Origin: Trinickia sp.
GTDB lineage: Bacteria > Pseudomonadota > Gammaproteobacteria > Burkholderiales > Burkholderiaceae
NCBI GenBank assembly: GCA_036384755.1
Contig: DASVLS010000018.1
Span: forward strand, 11,764 to 75,763
Length of the DNA: 64,000 bases
Reading direction: 5' to 3'
Shown: positions 20,051-29,821 of the stretch, piece after piece
How the letters are laid out: each line of letters begins with the position of its first letter
Position numbering within the stretch: the stretch's first letter is position 1
Translations under genes and position numbers: made by a program
The notes under the pieces: model-generated
The model's database searches: none
Seen by the model: the letters and a program-made list of their open reading frames with translations, nothing else
What the model was told of the DNA's origin: nothing

Positions 20051-20917
20051 GTGTCCGACTCCATTGAATATAGGCGCTTTACGGCGGCGGACGTCGCGGC
20101 GGCGCATGCGCTGACCGCCGAGCTCAAATGGCCGCATCGCGCCGAGGACTGGCAATTCGTGGCCAGCATCGGCGAAGGATTCGTTGCACAACAGGGCGAT
20201 CGGGTGATCGGCACCGTGCTTTGCTGGAAATACGGCGAGCGCACGTCTTCGCTCGGCATGGTGATCGTCGCTCCGTCCCATCAGGGATACGGCATCGGCC
20301 GCAAGCTGACCGAGATGGCGCTCGACACGCTCGGCGACAGGGCGACCGTTCTTCACGCCACGCCCGCCGGCCTTCCGCTGTATGAAAAGCTCGGCTTTAC
20401 GCGGATCGGCACGCTCGACCAGCATCAAGGCGCTGCGCTGCAGCCGCCCCTGCTGCCGCTGCCGCCGCGCGAACGGCTGCGCCCGCTCGGCGTCAACGAC
20501 ACGCCGCGCCTGATCGAACTGGCCTCGCGCGCGAGCGGGCTCGATCGCTCGGCGGTCCTGCCCGGGTTGCTGGAAAGCGCGGAAGGCATCGGCCTCGACC
20601 GCGACGGCGAATTGATCGGCTTCGCGCTCTTTCGCCGGTTTGGGCGCGGCCGCGCGATCGGACCGGTGGTCGCGCCGCGCGATGCCGATTCCGAGGCAGT
20701 GCGCGCAAAGGCCCTCATCGGGCATTGGCTCGCATCGAACCCAGGCATGTTCATCCGGTTCGATGCGCCGGGCGAAGCCGGGCTGACCGAGTGGCTGGAA
20801 TCGCTCGGCCTCGTGCGTGTGGACACCGTCGTCAAAATGCTGCGCAATGCCGACCGCATGCCCGAGCCCGACGCGGCCTTCGCCCAATACGGCATCATCA
20901 ACCAGGCGATCGGATGA
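20051..20917 (+). CDS. GNAT N-acetyltransferase with YitH-like C-terminal domain
   Basis: WPHRAEDW, LGMVIV...QGYGIG, LHATPAGLPLYEKLGF and IGPVVA motifs. Confidence 0.88.
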   Translation: MSDSIEYRRFTAADVAAAHALTAELKWPHRAEDWQFVASIGEGFVAQQGDRVIGTVLCWKYGERTSSLGMVIVAPSHQGYGIGRKLTEMALDTLGDRATVLHATPAGLPLYEKLGFTRIGTLDQHQGAALQPPLLPLPPRERLRPLGVNDTPRLIELASRASGLDRSAVLPGLLESAEGIGLDRDGELIGFALFRRFGRGRAIGPVVAPRDADSEAVRAKALIGHWLASNPGMFIRFDAPGEAGLTEWLESLGLVRVDTVVKMLRNADRMPEPDAAFAQYGIINQAIG

Positions 20918-21852
20918 GCGCTGCGATGAGCTTTCTTTATAAGGCCGACCCCGCGCGGGGCGCGGTCTGGGCCAAGCTGTTCGCCGAGCGCGCGCCCGAT
21001 TTGCCCTTCCGAATCTGGCCCGACGTGGGCGATCCGGCGCAAATCAAGTACTTGGCCGCCTGGCAACCGCCGGAGGATTTGGCCCGCACGCTGCCTAACC
21101 TCGAGGTGCTGTTTTCCGTCGGGGCCGGCATCGATCAGTTCGACCTGTCGGGCGTCCCGGCGCACGTGCCCGTCGTCAGGATGATCGAGCCGGGCATCGT
21201 CGAAGGGATGGTCGAGTACGTCACGCACGCCGTCTTGACGATTCATCGCGACTTCTTCGAATACGCGGCCCAGCAGCGGGAAGCGTGTTGGCGCGAGTGG
21301 CCGGTTCGGGCCGCCTCGTCATGCCGGATCGGCGTGCTGGGCCTCGGCATGCTAGGCACGGCCGTGCTCGAACGGCTGAAGTTGTTCGGCTATGCCTGCG
21401 CCGGATGGAGCCGGTCGGCCCATCGTATCGACGGCGTCGATTGCTATGCCGGCGAACCGGCGCTCGACGCCTTTCTGGCGCGCACCGATATCCTCGTCTG
21501 CCTGCTGCCGCTCACCCAAGCCACGCGCCATATGCTCGACGCGCGGCTGCTCGGCAAGCTGCCGCGCGGCGCATCGTTGATTCAGACAGGCCGGGGCGCG
21601 CATCTGGTGCAGGACGATCTGCTGCGCTTGCTCGACGAAGGCCACTTGCGCTACGCGCTGCTCGACGTGACGAGCCCGGAGCCGTTGCCGTCCGATCATC
21701 CGCTGTGGCGACACCCGCGCGTGCGCATCACGCCGCATATCGCAAGCGCCACGCGTCCCGAAACGGCCGTGGAGTCCGTATTGGAGAACCTGCGCCGGCA
21801 TCGCTCAGGACTGCCGATGATCGGGGAAATCGACCGCCGGCGCGGGTATTGA
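20914..21852 (+). CDS. ghrA: Glyoxylate/hydroxypyruvate reductase A-like 2-hydroxyacid dehydrogenase
   Basis: FSVGAGIDQ, GVLGLGMLG, LLPLT, GRG, LDV and ITPHIAS motifs; ATGA overlap with the GNAT stop. Confidence 0.85.
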   Translation: MSAAMSFLYKADPARGAVWAKLFAERAPDLPFRIWPDVGDPAQIKYLAAWQPPEDLARTLPNLEVLFSVGAGIDQFDLSGVPAHVPVVRMIEPGIVEGMVEYVTHAVLTIHRDFFEYAAQQREACWREWPVRAASSCRIGVLGLGMLGTAVLERLKLFGYACAGWSRSAHRIDGVDCYAGEPALDAFLARTDILVCLLPLTQATRHMLDARLLGKLPRGASLIQTGRGAHLVQDDLLRLLDEGHLRYALLDVTSPEPLPSDHPLWRHPRVRITPHIASATRPETAVESVLENLRRHRSGLPMIGEIDRRRGY

Positions 21853-21997
21853 CCCGACGCACCCCCAGCACAAAATGCTGACCGCGAGCATCAAAACGCG
21901 CGGCGCGCACTATTCCGAGGCATTTTTCGGAAACGAAGCCGGGCGGGTCGCCGTTACCATGGAATCATCATCTTTCCACCTTCACGGGCCCGCCACC

Positions 21998-23395
21998 ATG
22001 TCGATTCCCTCGCTCATCGAAGCCGACCGTAAGCATCTGATTCACCCCGTCGTCAACTATCGCGCCCATGAGGCACGCGGCGTCACCATCCTCGACTCGG
22101 CGCACGGATCGTTCGTGCGCGATGCGCAGGGCAACGAACTGCTCGACGCGTTCGCGGGGCTGTGGTGCGTCAATGTCGGCTATGGCCGGCAAAGCATCGT
22201 CGATGTCGCCGCCGAGCAGATGAAGAAGCTGCCCTATGCGACCGGCTACTTTCACTTTGGCTCCGCGCCCGCCATCGAGCTCGCCGAGCAACTCGTCGCG
22301 CGTTCTCCCGCCGCGCTGCAGCATGTGTACTTCACGCTGGGCGGTTCGGATGCCGTCGATTCCGCCGTGCGGTTCATCACGCACTACTACAACGCAACGG
22401 GCCGCCCGCAAAAGAAGCAGTTCATCTCGCTCGCACGCGGCTATCACGGTTCGTCGTCGGTGGGCTCCGGATTGACGGCGCTGCCCGTCTTCCATCGGCA
22501 TTTCGATCTGCCGCTGCCGCATCAGCACTACATCCCGTCGCCCTATGCGTACCGAAGCGACTTCGCGGACGACGCCGCGCTCATCGCCGCGTCGGTCGCC
22601 GCGCTCGAAGCGAAAGTGGCCGAGCTCGGCGCCCAGAACGTCGCGGCATTCTTCTGCGAGCCGATCCAAGGATCGGGCGGCGTCATCGTGCCGCCGGTCG
22701 GCTGGCTCAAAGCGATGCGCGAGGCCTGCCGCAAGCTCGGCATTCTGTTCGTGGCCGACGAGGTCATCACGGGATTCGGTCGAACCGGGCCGTTGTTCGC
22801 GTGCGAAGCCGAGGGCGTGGAGCCCGACCTGATGACGGTAGCCAAAGGGTTGACGGCGGGCTACGCGCCGATGGGCGCCGTGCTGATGTCCGACGAGATC
22901 TATCGCGGCATCGCGGACGGCAGCCCCGACGCGGCAATCGGCCATGGCTACACCTATTCGGCGCATCCGGTCAGCGCCGCGATCGCGCTCGAAGTGATGC
23001 GGCTCTATCACGAAGGCGGCCTGCTCGCGAATGCGGCGGCGCTGGCGCCGCGCTTCGCGCAAGGGCTCGACGCGCTGCTCGAGCATCCGCTCGTAGGCGA
23101 CTCGCGCCACCGCGGCCTGCTGGGCGCACTCGAGCTCGTCGCCGACAAGGAAACGAAGGCGGGCTTCGACCCCGCGCTGAAGCTGCCCGATCGCATCGCG
23201 GCCGCCGCGTACCGTAACCGGCTGATCTTCCGCGCGTTCGGCGACAACATCCTCGGTTTCGCGCCCGCGCTCTCCTATTGCGCCGACGAGTTCGACCTCC
23301 TGTTCGAGCGGCTGCGCCGCACGCTGGACGACGTTCTCGCCGAACCCGACGTTCGGGCCGCCCTCCATAGCGGAACGCGAGTGGCCGCGTGCTAA
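21998..23395 (+). CDS. Class III (omega-type) PLP aminotransferase
   Basis: LDAFAGLWCVNVGYG, GSDAVD, GYHG, EPIQGSGG, ADEVITGFGRTG, AKGLT (PLP lysine) and GHGYTYSAHP motifs. Confidence 0.93.
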   Translation: MSIPSLIEADRKHLIHPVVNYRAHEARGVTILDSAHGSFVRDAQGNELLDAFAGLWCVNVGYGRQSIVDVAAEQMKKLPYATGYFHFGSAPAIELAEQLVARSPAALQHVYFTLGGSDAVDSAVRFITHYYNATGRPQKKQFISLARGYHGSSSVGSGLTALPVFHRHFDLPLPHQHYIPSPYAYRSDFADDAALIAASVAALEAKVAELGAQNVAAFFCEPIQGSGGVIVPPVGWLKAMREACRKLGILFVADEVITGFGRTGPLFACEAEGVEPDLMTVAKGLTAGYAPMGAVLMSDEIYRGIADGSPDAAIGHGYTYSAHPVSAAIALEVMRLYHEGGLLANAAALAPRFAQGLDALLEHPLVGDSRHRGLLGALELVADKETKAGFDPALKLPDRIAAAAYRNRLIFRAFGDNILGFAPALSYCADEFDLLFERLRRTLDDVLAEPDVRAALHSGTRVAAC

Positions 23396-23444
23396 AGTAG
23401 CCGCTCACCGTTAGTGTTAATGGCATGACTCGGGCGACAGTACG

Positions 23445-23936
23445 ATGAGCGGCGATTGCAAGCTGGACCGGATCGACTTACGAATCCTTTCGCAACTTCA
23501 AAAGCGTGGACGCATTACGAACGTCGAACTGGCCGATGCCGTCGGTCTGTCGCCGAGCCCGTGCTTGATTCGCGTCAAGCGGCTCGAGAAGGCCGGCTAC
23601 ATCGTCGGCTACGGCGCGCAGATCCAACTGGAAAAGCTCGGCGACGTGCAAATCGTCTTCACGGAGGTCACGCTGGCCGATCACCGCCGCGAAGACTTCA
23701 ACCGCTTCGTCGCGGCGATCAAGGATGTCGACGAGATCATCGAATGCCATCTTGCGAGCGGCGGCTACGACTACTTGCTCAAGTTCGTGACACGCAGCGT
23801 CAGCCACTATCAAAGCGTCATCGAAGGGCTGCTCGAACGCGATATCGGCATCGAGAAGTACTTCAGCTACGTCATCATCAAATCGCCGTTCGTGAAAACG
23901 CACTATCCGCTCGAGGTGCTGTTTCCTCATTCTTGA
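23445..23936 (+). CDS. Lrp/AsnC-family regulator
   Basis: LDRIDLRILSQLQKRGRITNVELADAVGLSPSPCLIRVKRLE. Confidence 0.95.
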   Translation: MSGDCKLDRIDLRILSQLQKRGRITNVELADAVGLSPSPCLIRVKRLEKAGYIVGYGAQIQLEKLGDVQIVFTEVTLADHRREDFNRFVAAIKDVDEIIECHLASGGYDYLLKFVTRSVSHYQSVIEGLLERDIGIEKYFSYVIIKSPFVKTHYPLEVLFPHS

Positions 23937-24038
23937 ATTACGTGCGGGGCTCGCTTCGATGCCGCGCAATGCGTCCGCGGCGCGCCGCGCCATGGTTTTC
24001 TCGTTTCGCTCTTTCCATTTTGTGGAGGCAATCCCTTC

Positions 24039-25127
24039 ATGGCTGACAAATACAGAATCGCCGTGATTCCCGGCGACGGCATCGGCACCGAAGTCATGCC
24101 GCAAGGTTTGCGTGTGCTCGACGCGGCGAGCCGGCGCTTCGGCATCTCGATCGAGTACGAGCATATCGACTGGGCGAGCTGCGATTACTACGAGAAGCAT
24201 GGCCAGATGATGCCCGACGACTGGAAGGCCCAGTTGCTGCGCTGCGACGCCATCTTGTTCGGCGCAGTGGGCTGGCCCGCGAAAGTTCCCGATCACATTT
24301 CGCTTTGGGGCTCGCTGCTCAAGTTTCGACGCGAATTCGATCAATACATCAACCTGCGTCCGGCCAGACTGTTCGAAGGCGTACCGTCGCCGCTCGCCGG
24401 CCGAAGCGCCGGCGACATCGATTTCTGGATCGTGCGCGAGAACACCGAAGGCGAATATTCGTCGGTCGGCGGCGTCATGTTCCCCGGCACCGACCGCGAG
24501 TTCGTCGTGCAGGAATCGATCTTCACGCGGCGAGGCAGCGAACGTGTGCTGAAGTTCGCGTTCGATCTGGCGCAGCGCCGAGAAAGAAAGAAGCTGACGG
24601 TTGCGACCAAGAGCAACGGCATCGCCATCAGCATGCCTTGGTGGGACGAGCGCGCGGCCGAGGTCGCCGCCGCCTACCCCGACGTCGCCTGGGACAAGCA
24701 GCACATCGATATTCTCTGCGCGCGGTTCGTGCTCAACCCGGATCGCTTCGACGTGGTCGTGGCGACGAACCTGTTCGGAGACATCCTCTCCGATCTCGGC
24801 CCGGCCTGCACGGGCACGATCGGTCTTGCGCCTTCCGCGAACCTCAACCCCGATCGCACCTTCCCGTCGCTGTTCGAACCCGTGCATGGCTCGGCCCCCG
24901 ACATCGCCGGCAAGAACATCGCCAATCCGATCGCCATGATCTGGTCGGCGGCGATGATGCTCGATTTTCTCGGCCAGCACAGCGGTAAAGCGCGCGAGGC
25001 GCACGATGCGATGCTCGCCGCGATCGAGGCCACCCTGCGGGAAGGCCCGCGTACGGGCGACCTCGGCGGCAAGGCCACGACCGACGAGGTAGGCGCGGCG
25101 ATCGCCGAACGCGTCGCCCGTGCATGA
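24039..25127 (+). CDS. Tartrate/D-malate dehydrogenase (beta-decarboxylating dehydrogenase family)
   Basis: IPGDGIG, FGAVGWP, RENTEGEYS, TKSNG, NLFGDILSDL and EPVHGSAPDIAG motifs. Confidence 0.93.
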   Translation: MADKYRIAVIPGDGIGTEVMPQGLRVLDAASRRFGISIEYEHIDWASCDYYEKHGQMMPDDWKAQLLRCDAILFGAVGWPAKVPDHISLWGSLLKFRREFDQYINLRPARLFEGVPSPLAGRSAGDIDFWIVRENTEGEYSSVGGVMFPGTDREFVVQESIFTRRGSERVLKFAFDLAQRRERKKLTVATKSNGIAISMPWWDERAAEVAAAYPDVAWDKQHIDILCARFVLNPDRFDVVVATNLFGDILSDLGPACTGTIGLAPSANLNPDRTFPSLFEPVHGSAPDIAGKNIANPIAMIWSAAMMLDFLGQHSGKAREAHDAMLAAIEATLREGPRTGDLGGKATTDEVGAAIAERVARA

Positions 25128-25147
25128 ACATGAATGGAGCTACCGAC

Positions 25148-26620
25148 ATGACGCATATTTTTTCGCCCGAGGCATTGATTCGTACGGACAATTTCATCGG
25201 CGGCAAGTGGGTGCCGGCCGCCGACGGCAAGCGGTTCGCCGTGACCGATCCGGCCAACGGCGAAACGATCGTCGAAGTGGCCGATAGCCACGCGGCCGAC
25301 GCGCGCGCCGCTACCGACGCGGCCGCGGCCGCCCTGCCTGCCTGGCGCGACACGCTGCCCAAAGAGCGCGCCGAAATCTTGCGGCGCTGGCATGCGCTGA
25401 TCGTCGCCAATCAAGATGCGCTCGGCGCATTGATTTCGCGCGAGCAAGGCAAGCCGCTTGCCGAGGGGCGGGGCGAAGTCGCTTACGGCGCGTCGTATGT
25501 GGCGTGGTTCGCCGAGGAAGCGACGCGCATTTATGGCGACTTGATCCCGCAACAGCAACGCGGCAAGCGAATGAGCGCCGTCAAGGAACCGATCGGGATC
25601 GTCGCGGCCATCACGCCGTGGAATTTCCCGCTCGCGATGATTGCGCGCAAGATCGCGCCGGCGTTGGCCGCCGGCTGCACGGTCGTCGGCAAGCCCGCCG
25701 AGGATACGCCGCTCACCGCTTCGGCGCTCGTGTTCCTCGCGCATGAGGCCGGCGTGCCGCCTGGCGTACTCAATCTCGTGACGGCCTCGCGCGATCGCGG
25801 CATCGATGCCGTCGCCGACTGGCTGCACGATTCTCGCGTGCGCAAAATCACGTTCACGGGTTCGACGGCCGTCGGCAAACACTTGGCGCGCGAATCGGCC
25901 GGCACGCTCAAGAAGCTCTCGCTCGAACTAGGCGGCAATGCGCCGTTCATCGTATTCGACGATGCCGACCTCGACGCCGCCGCCACGGGGCTCATCACCG
26001 CGAAATTCCGCAATGGCGGTCAAACGTGCGTGTGCCCGAATCGCGTCTATGTGCAAGCGGGGGTCTACGAGCGGTTTACCGCACTGTTGGCCGAGCGCGT
26101 CGGTGCCTTGAAGGTCGGCGCCGGTAGCGACCCAGCGACGCAAATCGGCCCGATGATCAACGCACGTGCGGTGGACAAGATTGCGCGGCACGTCGACGAC
26201 GCGCTCACGCTCGGCGCGCGAGTGGTGACCGGCGGCAAGCGCCTCGCCGAGTTGGGCCCGAACTTCTACGCACCTACCGTGCTCGCCGATGCGAATGCAG
26301 GCATGCAACTGAGCTGCGAGGAAACGTTCGGTCCCGTCGTGCCGCTGTTTCGCTTCGACACCGAACAAGAAGCCGTCGACGCCGCGAACGACACGCCTTA
26401 CGGACTGGCGTCGTACTTCTACACGAACGACATCAAGCGGATCGAGCGCGTGTCGCGCGCGCTCGAAACGGGCCTCGTCGGCATCAACGAAGGTGCGATT
26501 TCCAGCGAAGCCGCGCCGTTCGGCGGCGTCAAAGAATCGGGCTACGGCCGAGAAGGCTCGAAGTACGGTCTCGACGATTATCTGTCGATCAAGTACTTGT
26601 GCCAGGGCAATCTCGCGTAG
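25148..26620 (+). CDS. gabD: NAD(P)-dependent succinate-semialdehyde dehydrogenase-like ALDH
   Basis: ITPWNFP, FTGST, LELGGNAP, GQTCVC, EETFGP and PFGGVKESG motifs; GGAG RBS before ATG 25148. Confidence 0.9.
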   Translation: MTHIFSPEALIRTDNFIGGKWVPAADGKRFAVTDPANGETIVEVADSHAADARAATDAAAAALPAWRDTLPKERAEILRRWHALIVANQDALGALISREQGKPLAEGRGEVAYGASYVAWFAEEATRIYGDLIPQQQRGKRMSAVKEPIGIVAAITPWNFPLAMIARKIAPALAAGCTVVGKPAEDTPLTASALVFLAHEAGVPPGVLNLVTASRDRGIDAVADWLHDSRVRKITFTGSTAVGKHLARESAGTLKKLSLELGGNAPFIVFDDADLDAAATGLITAKFRNGGQTCVCPNRVYVQAGVYERFTALLAERVGALKVGAGSDPATQIGPMINARAVDKIARHVDDALTLGARVVTGGKRLAELGPNFYAPTVLADANAGMQLSCEETFGPVVPLFRFDTEQEAVDAANDTPYGLASYFYTNDIKRIERVSRALETGLVGINEGAISSEAAPFGGVKESGYGREGSKYGLDDYLSIKYLCQGNLA

Positions 26621-26839
26621 CCCTTGTCCATGCCGATGGCCGGCCCCGCGCGATCGGTCCCGGCATCGGATTGGCGAGGTTGTCGTTATCCGAGCCCGCG
26701 TCGAGCCGCGCGCGCCGCCGCTTGATAGGCGGCCACGCGCGCGGCTACGTTGGGCTCGGGCGTGATTCGTTCGGCGATCAGTATCGAAGCCGACCCATAC
26801 CCTCATCGATCGTCGGCTTCGCCTAGCTCGCTTACCGGC

Positions 26840-28702
26840 TTACTTGCGTTTGAGCTGCGAGATATCGCGTACCGCGCCACGATCGGCGGAGGTGGCGAGC
26901 GCGGCATACGCCTGCAATGCTTGCGACACGACGCGTTCGCGGCCGACCGGCAGCCACGCCTTGTCGTCGCGCGCATTCATCGCTTCGCGACGGTGCGCCA
27001 GCACCTCTTCCGACACGGCCAAGTGCATCTTGCGCTGCGGAATGTCGATTTCGATTACGTCGCCGTCTTCCACGAGACCGATCGTGCCGCCTTCTGCCGC
27101 TTCGGGCGACGCATGGCCGATCACGAGCCCCGACGAGCCGCCGGAGAAACGTCCGTCCGTGAACAGCGCGCAGGTTTTGCCCAACCCCTTCGATTTCAAA
27201 TACGACGTGGGGTAAAGCATTTCCTGCATGCCGGGGCCGCCCTTCGGCCCTTCGTAGCGAATCACGACGACATCGCCCGGGACGACCTTGTCGCCGAGAA
27301 TCGCTTCGACGGCGTCATCCTGGCTTTCGAACACGCGCGCGCGCCCCGAGAACACCCATTGCGACTCGTCCACGCCGGCCGTCTTGACGATGCAGCCCTT
27401 CTCCGCCAAGTTGCCGTAGAGCACCGCCAAGCCGCCGTCTTTCGAATACGCGTTGGCCTTGCTGCGGATGCAACCGCTCTTGCGGTCGGTGTCCAGCGAC
27501 GCGAACGTCGCTTCTTGGCTGAACGCCACCGTGGTTGGAATACCGCCCGGCGCCGCCCGGTAGAACTTCTGCGCTTCTTCGCCCGCGCCGCCCATCACGT
27601 CCCATTGGGCGATCGCGTTGCCGAGCGTGCCGCTATGCACGTTGCCGCACGACAAATCCACGAGCTCCGCGCGCGCGAGTTCGCCGAGAATGCCGAGAAT
27701 GCCCCCGGCGCGATGCACGTCTTCGATGTGGTACTTGTCCGTCGCAGGCGCGGCCTTGCACAGGCAGGGCACTTTGCGCGAAATGCGGTCGATGTCGGAC
27801 ATCGTGAAATCGACGCCCGCTTCCTGCGCGGCGGCCAGCAAGTGCAGCACGGTGTTGGTGGAACCGCCCATGGCCACGTCGAGCGCCATCGCGTTCTCGA
27901 AGGCTTGCTTCGTGGCGATGCTGCGCGGCAGGACCGACATGTCCTCTTCTTGGTAGTAGCGGCGGCACAGGTCGACGACGAGACGGCCGGCTTGTTCGAA
28001 CAAGCCCTTGCGCCAAGCATGCGTGGCGACGATCGTGCCGTTGCCGGGCAGCGAGAGACCGATCGCTTCGGTCAGGCAGTTCATCGAATTCGCGGTGAAC
28101 ATGCCCGAGCACGAGCCGCACGTGGGGCAAGCGCTGCGCTCGACTTCGGCCACTTCCGCATCGCTGATCTTCGGGTCGGCGGCTTTGATCATCGCGTCGA
28201 TCAGATCGATCTTGGCGATGACTTGGCCGTCGGCGGGCGATTTGACTTTGCCCGCTTCCATCGGGCCGCCGGACACGAACACGACGGGGATGTTCAGGCG
28301 CATCGCGGCCATCAGCATGCCCGGGGTGATCTTGTCGCAATTGGAAATGCAGACCATGGCGTCGGCGCAATGCGCGTTGACCATGTACTCGACCGAATCG
28401 GCGATCAATTCGCGCGACGGCAGCGAATACAGCATGCCGCCATGGCCCATGGCGATGCCGTCGTCGACGGCGATCGTATTGAACTCCTTGGCCACGCCGC
28501 CGGCCGCTTCGATTTCCTTCGCCACGAGCGCGCCCAGATCGCGCAGATGGACGTGGCCAGGAACAAACTGCGTGAACGAATTCACGACGGCGATGATCGG
28601 TTTGCCGAAATCGTCGTCTTTCATGCCGGTGGCCCGCCACAAGGCGCGCGCGCCGGCCATGTTGCGGCCGTGAGTCGAAGTGCGTGACCGATAATTGGGC
28701 AT
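26840..28702 (-). CDS. ilvD: Dihydroxy-acid dehydratase
   Basis: [50 protein letters not shown] and TDGRFSG motifs. Confidence 0.97.
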   Translation of the reverse strand: MPNYRSRTSTHGRNMAGARALWRATGMKDDDFGKPIIAVVNSFTQFVPGHVHLRDLGALVAKEIEAAGGVAKEFNTIAVDDGIAMGHGGMLYSLPSRELIADSVEYMVNAHCADAMVCISNCDKITPGMLMAAMRLNIPVVFVSGGPMEAGKVKSPADGQVIAKIDLIDAMIKAADPKISDAEVAEVERSACPTCGSCSGMFTANSMNCLTEAIGLSLPGNGTIVATHAWRKGLFEQAGRLVVDLCRRYYQEEDMSVLPRSIATKQAFENAMALDVAMGGSTNTVLHLLAAAQEAGVDFTMSDIDRISRKVPCLCKAAPATDKYHIEDVHRAGGILGILGELARAELVDLSCGNVHSGTLGNAIAQWDVMGGAGEEAQKFYRAAPGGIPTTVAFSQEATFASLDTDRKSGCIRSKANAYSKDGGLAVLYGNLAEKGCIVKTAGVDESQWVFSGRARVFESQDDAVEAILGDKVVPGDVVVIRYEGPKGGPGMQEMLYPTSYLKSKGLGKTCALFTDGRFSGGSSGLVIGHASPEAAEGGTIGLVEDGDVIEIDIPQRKMHLAVSEEVLAHRREAMNARDDKAWLPVGRERVVSQALQAYAALATSADRGAVRDISQLKRK

Positions 28703-29180
28703 CTGTGTCCTCTGGTGTCGCTGTCGTCTAAGAATGAGGCGTAAAGGGCCGGCTCATGCCACGCCTACCGGCCAGCATCAGCCGATCGCCCCTACGCCGA
28801 TCATGGGAATAGACGGAATACTGCGAGAATGCCGGTAAGACGTCCAATATATTTTTTCTACGGTATTAGGTCGAAAGACATATCGATGGACGACATCGCG
28901 GCGCGCCGGCTCGCGCCTACACCAAAGCGGCCGGGCGCCGACTCGGGAAATTTACCTAGTGCTGCGCCCGCCGACGGACGCGCATGATGGCGTCAGGACG
29001 CGGACCGATTGGCTGCGTCCGCAAACGGGGACAAATTTCCATAGGTGGGATTGACGCCGAAAGGCAGCGCTTTTTGCCCAATCGAATGCGGGGGCCCGGG
29101 CGCACACTACAACCATCGACACCCCGACCGGCTAAGGCCCGGCGGCTTGAGTCGCGATCCTCGACATTCAGGAGACTGGC

Positions 29181-29330
29181 ATGAGCACTTTGGCGGTAAT
29201 TCTCTGCGTTTGGGCCACAGTTGCCACGTGCGCGGCCCTCTTCATCCGCGGCGCCAGTCCCCGCCTCGAGCGCGCCACCGTCCGCGTGCCGGTCGAAACC
29301 CGATCGACGCAAGCCTCGATCACGGAGTAA
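29181..29330 (+). CDS. 49-aa small single-pass membrane protein (too short for the ORF track)
   Basis: CAGGAGA RBS, then MSTLAVILCVWATVATCAALFIRGASPRLERATVRVPVETRSTQASITE*; the N-terminal 22 aa are hydrophobic. Confidence 0.65.
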   Translation: MSTLAVILCVWATVATCAALFIRGASPRLERATVRVPVETRSTQASITE

Positions 29331-29438
29331 ACGCGCTCGGGCGATCGCCCGGCGCTTATTGCAGGCCCGTGCCGTCGCTCGACCGGGCTGCGCTTCGTTC
29401 TTCTGTCTCCCTCTAGCCTTTCGGTTCGGTCCTGCCTC

Positions 29439-29685
29439 GGTGCGAGCAAGGCGCTCGCGGTGTTGGCGTCGCTGTCGGTGCTCTCGCTCGTCATGCCCAG
29501 TTACTCGAGCGCGATTCCCGGGCCGCGGTTGTCCACGTCGCAACTGGCGCTCGCCGGCGTGTCCTCGCTCGTTCTGTATGGCGTGTAGTTCGCTGACGCT
29601 GAGCACCGGGCGCACGACCGTCCTGCAAGGGGCGGTGCATCTCTCGCTGTTCGCGGCCTACTTGTTCTTGTCGGTGACGCATTGA
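29439..29685 (+). pseudogene. Collapsed remnant of a CaCA/ChaA-family Ca2+:H+ antiporter
   Basis: Internal fragment GASKALAVLASLSVLSLVMPSY...LSTSQLALAGVSSLVLYGV* joined out of frame to the C-terminus LTLSTGRTTVLQGAVHLSLFAAYLFLSVTH*; the 5' part of the gene is absent. Confidence 0.75.
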
Positions 29686-29731
29686 GATAGGCGGCACTCG
29701 GCATCGAGCGTTGCATCGGTCATCTTGGCCC

Positions 29732-29758
29732 TCAAGATCCGCAGCAATCTGCCGTTGT
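29732..29758 (+). promoter_or_regulatory. Possible sigma28-type promoter of the diguanylate cyclase
   Basis: TCAAG-N14-GCCGTTGT, ending about 63 nt before the ATG at 29822. Confidence 0.45.
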
Positions 29759-29821
29759 ACATTGGAATCCCAAGCGACGAGCCGGGCCGCACAGCGGCCG
29801 CCGCAACGATCGCTCGATGTT

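Noticed and set aside
26750..28687. Long antisense or alternate-frame ORFs (e.g. 645 aa opposite ilvD, 504 aa opposite betC, 746 aa overlapping the P1B ATPase)
   Set aside because: Shadow ORFs expected from high-GC codon bias; they have no recognisable motifs and overlap well-supported genes.
28990..29180. Hairpins including GCC-GAAA-GGC upstream of the small ORF, considered as a c-di-GMP riboswitch or sRNA
   Set aside because: I could not fit the conserved architecture by eye; an Rfam/Infernal scan would be needed.
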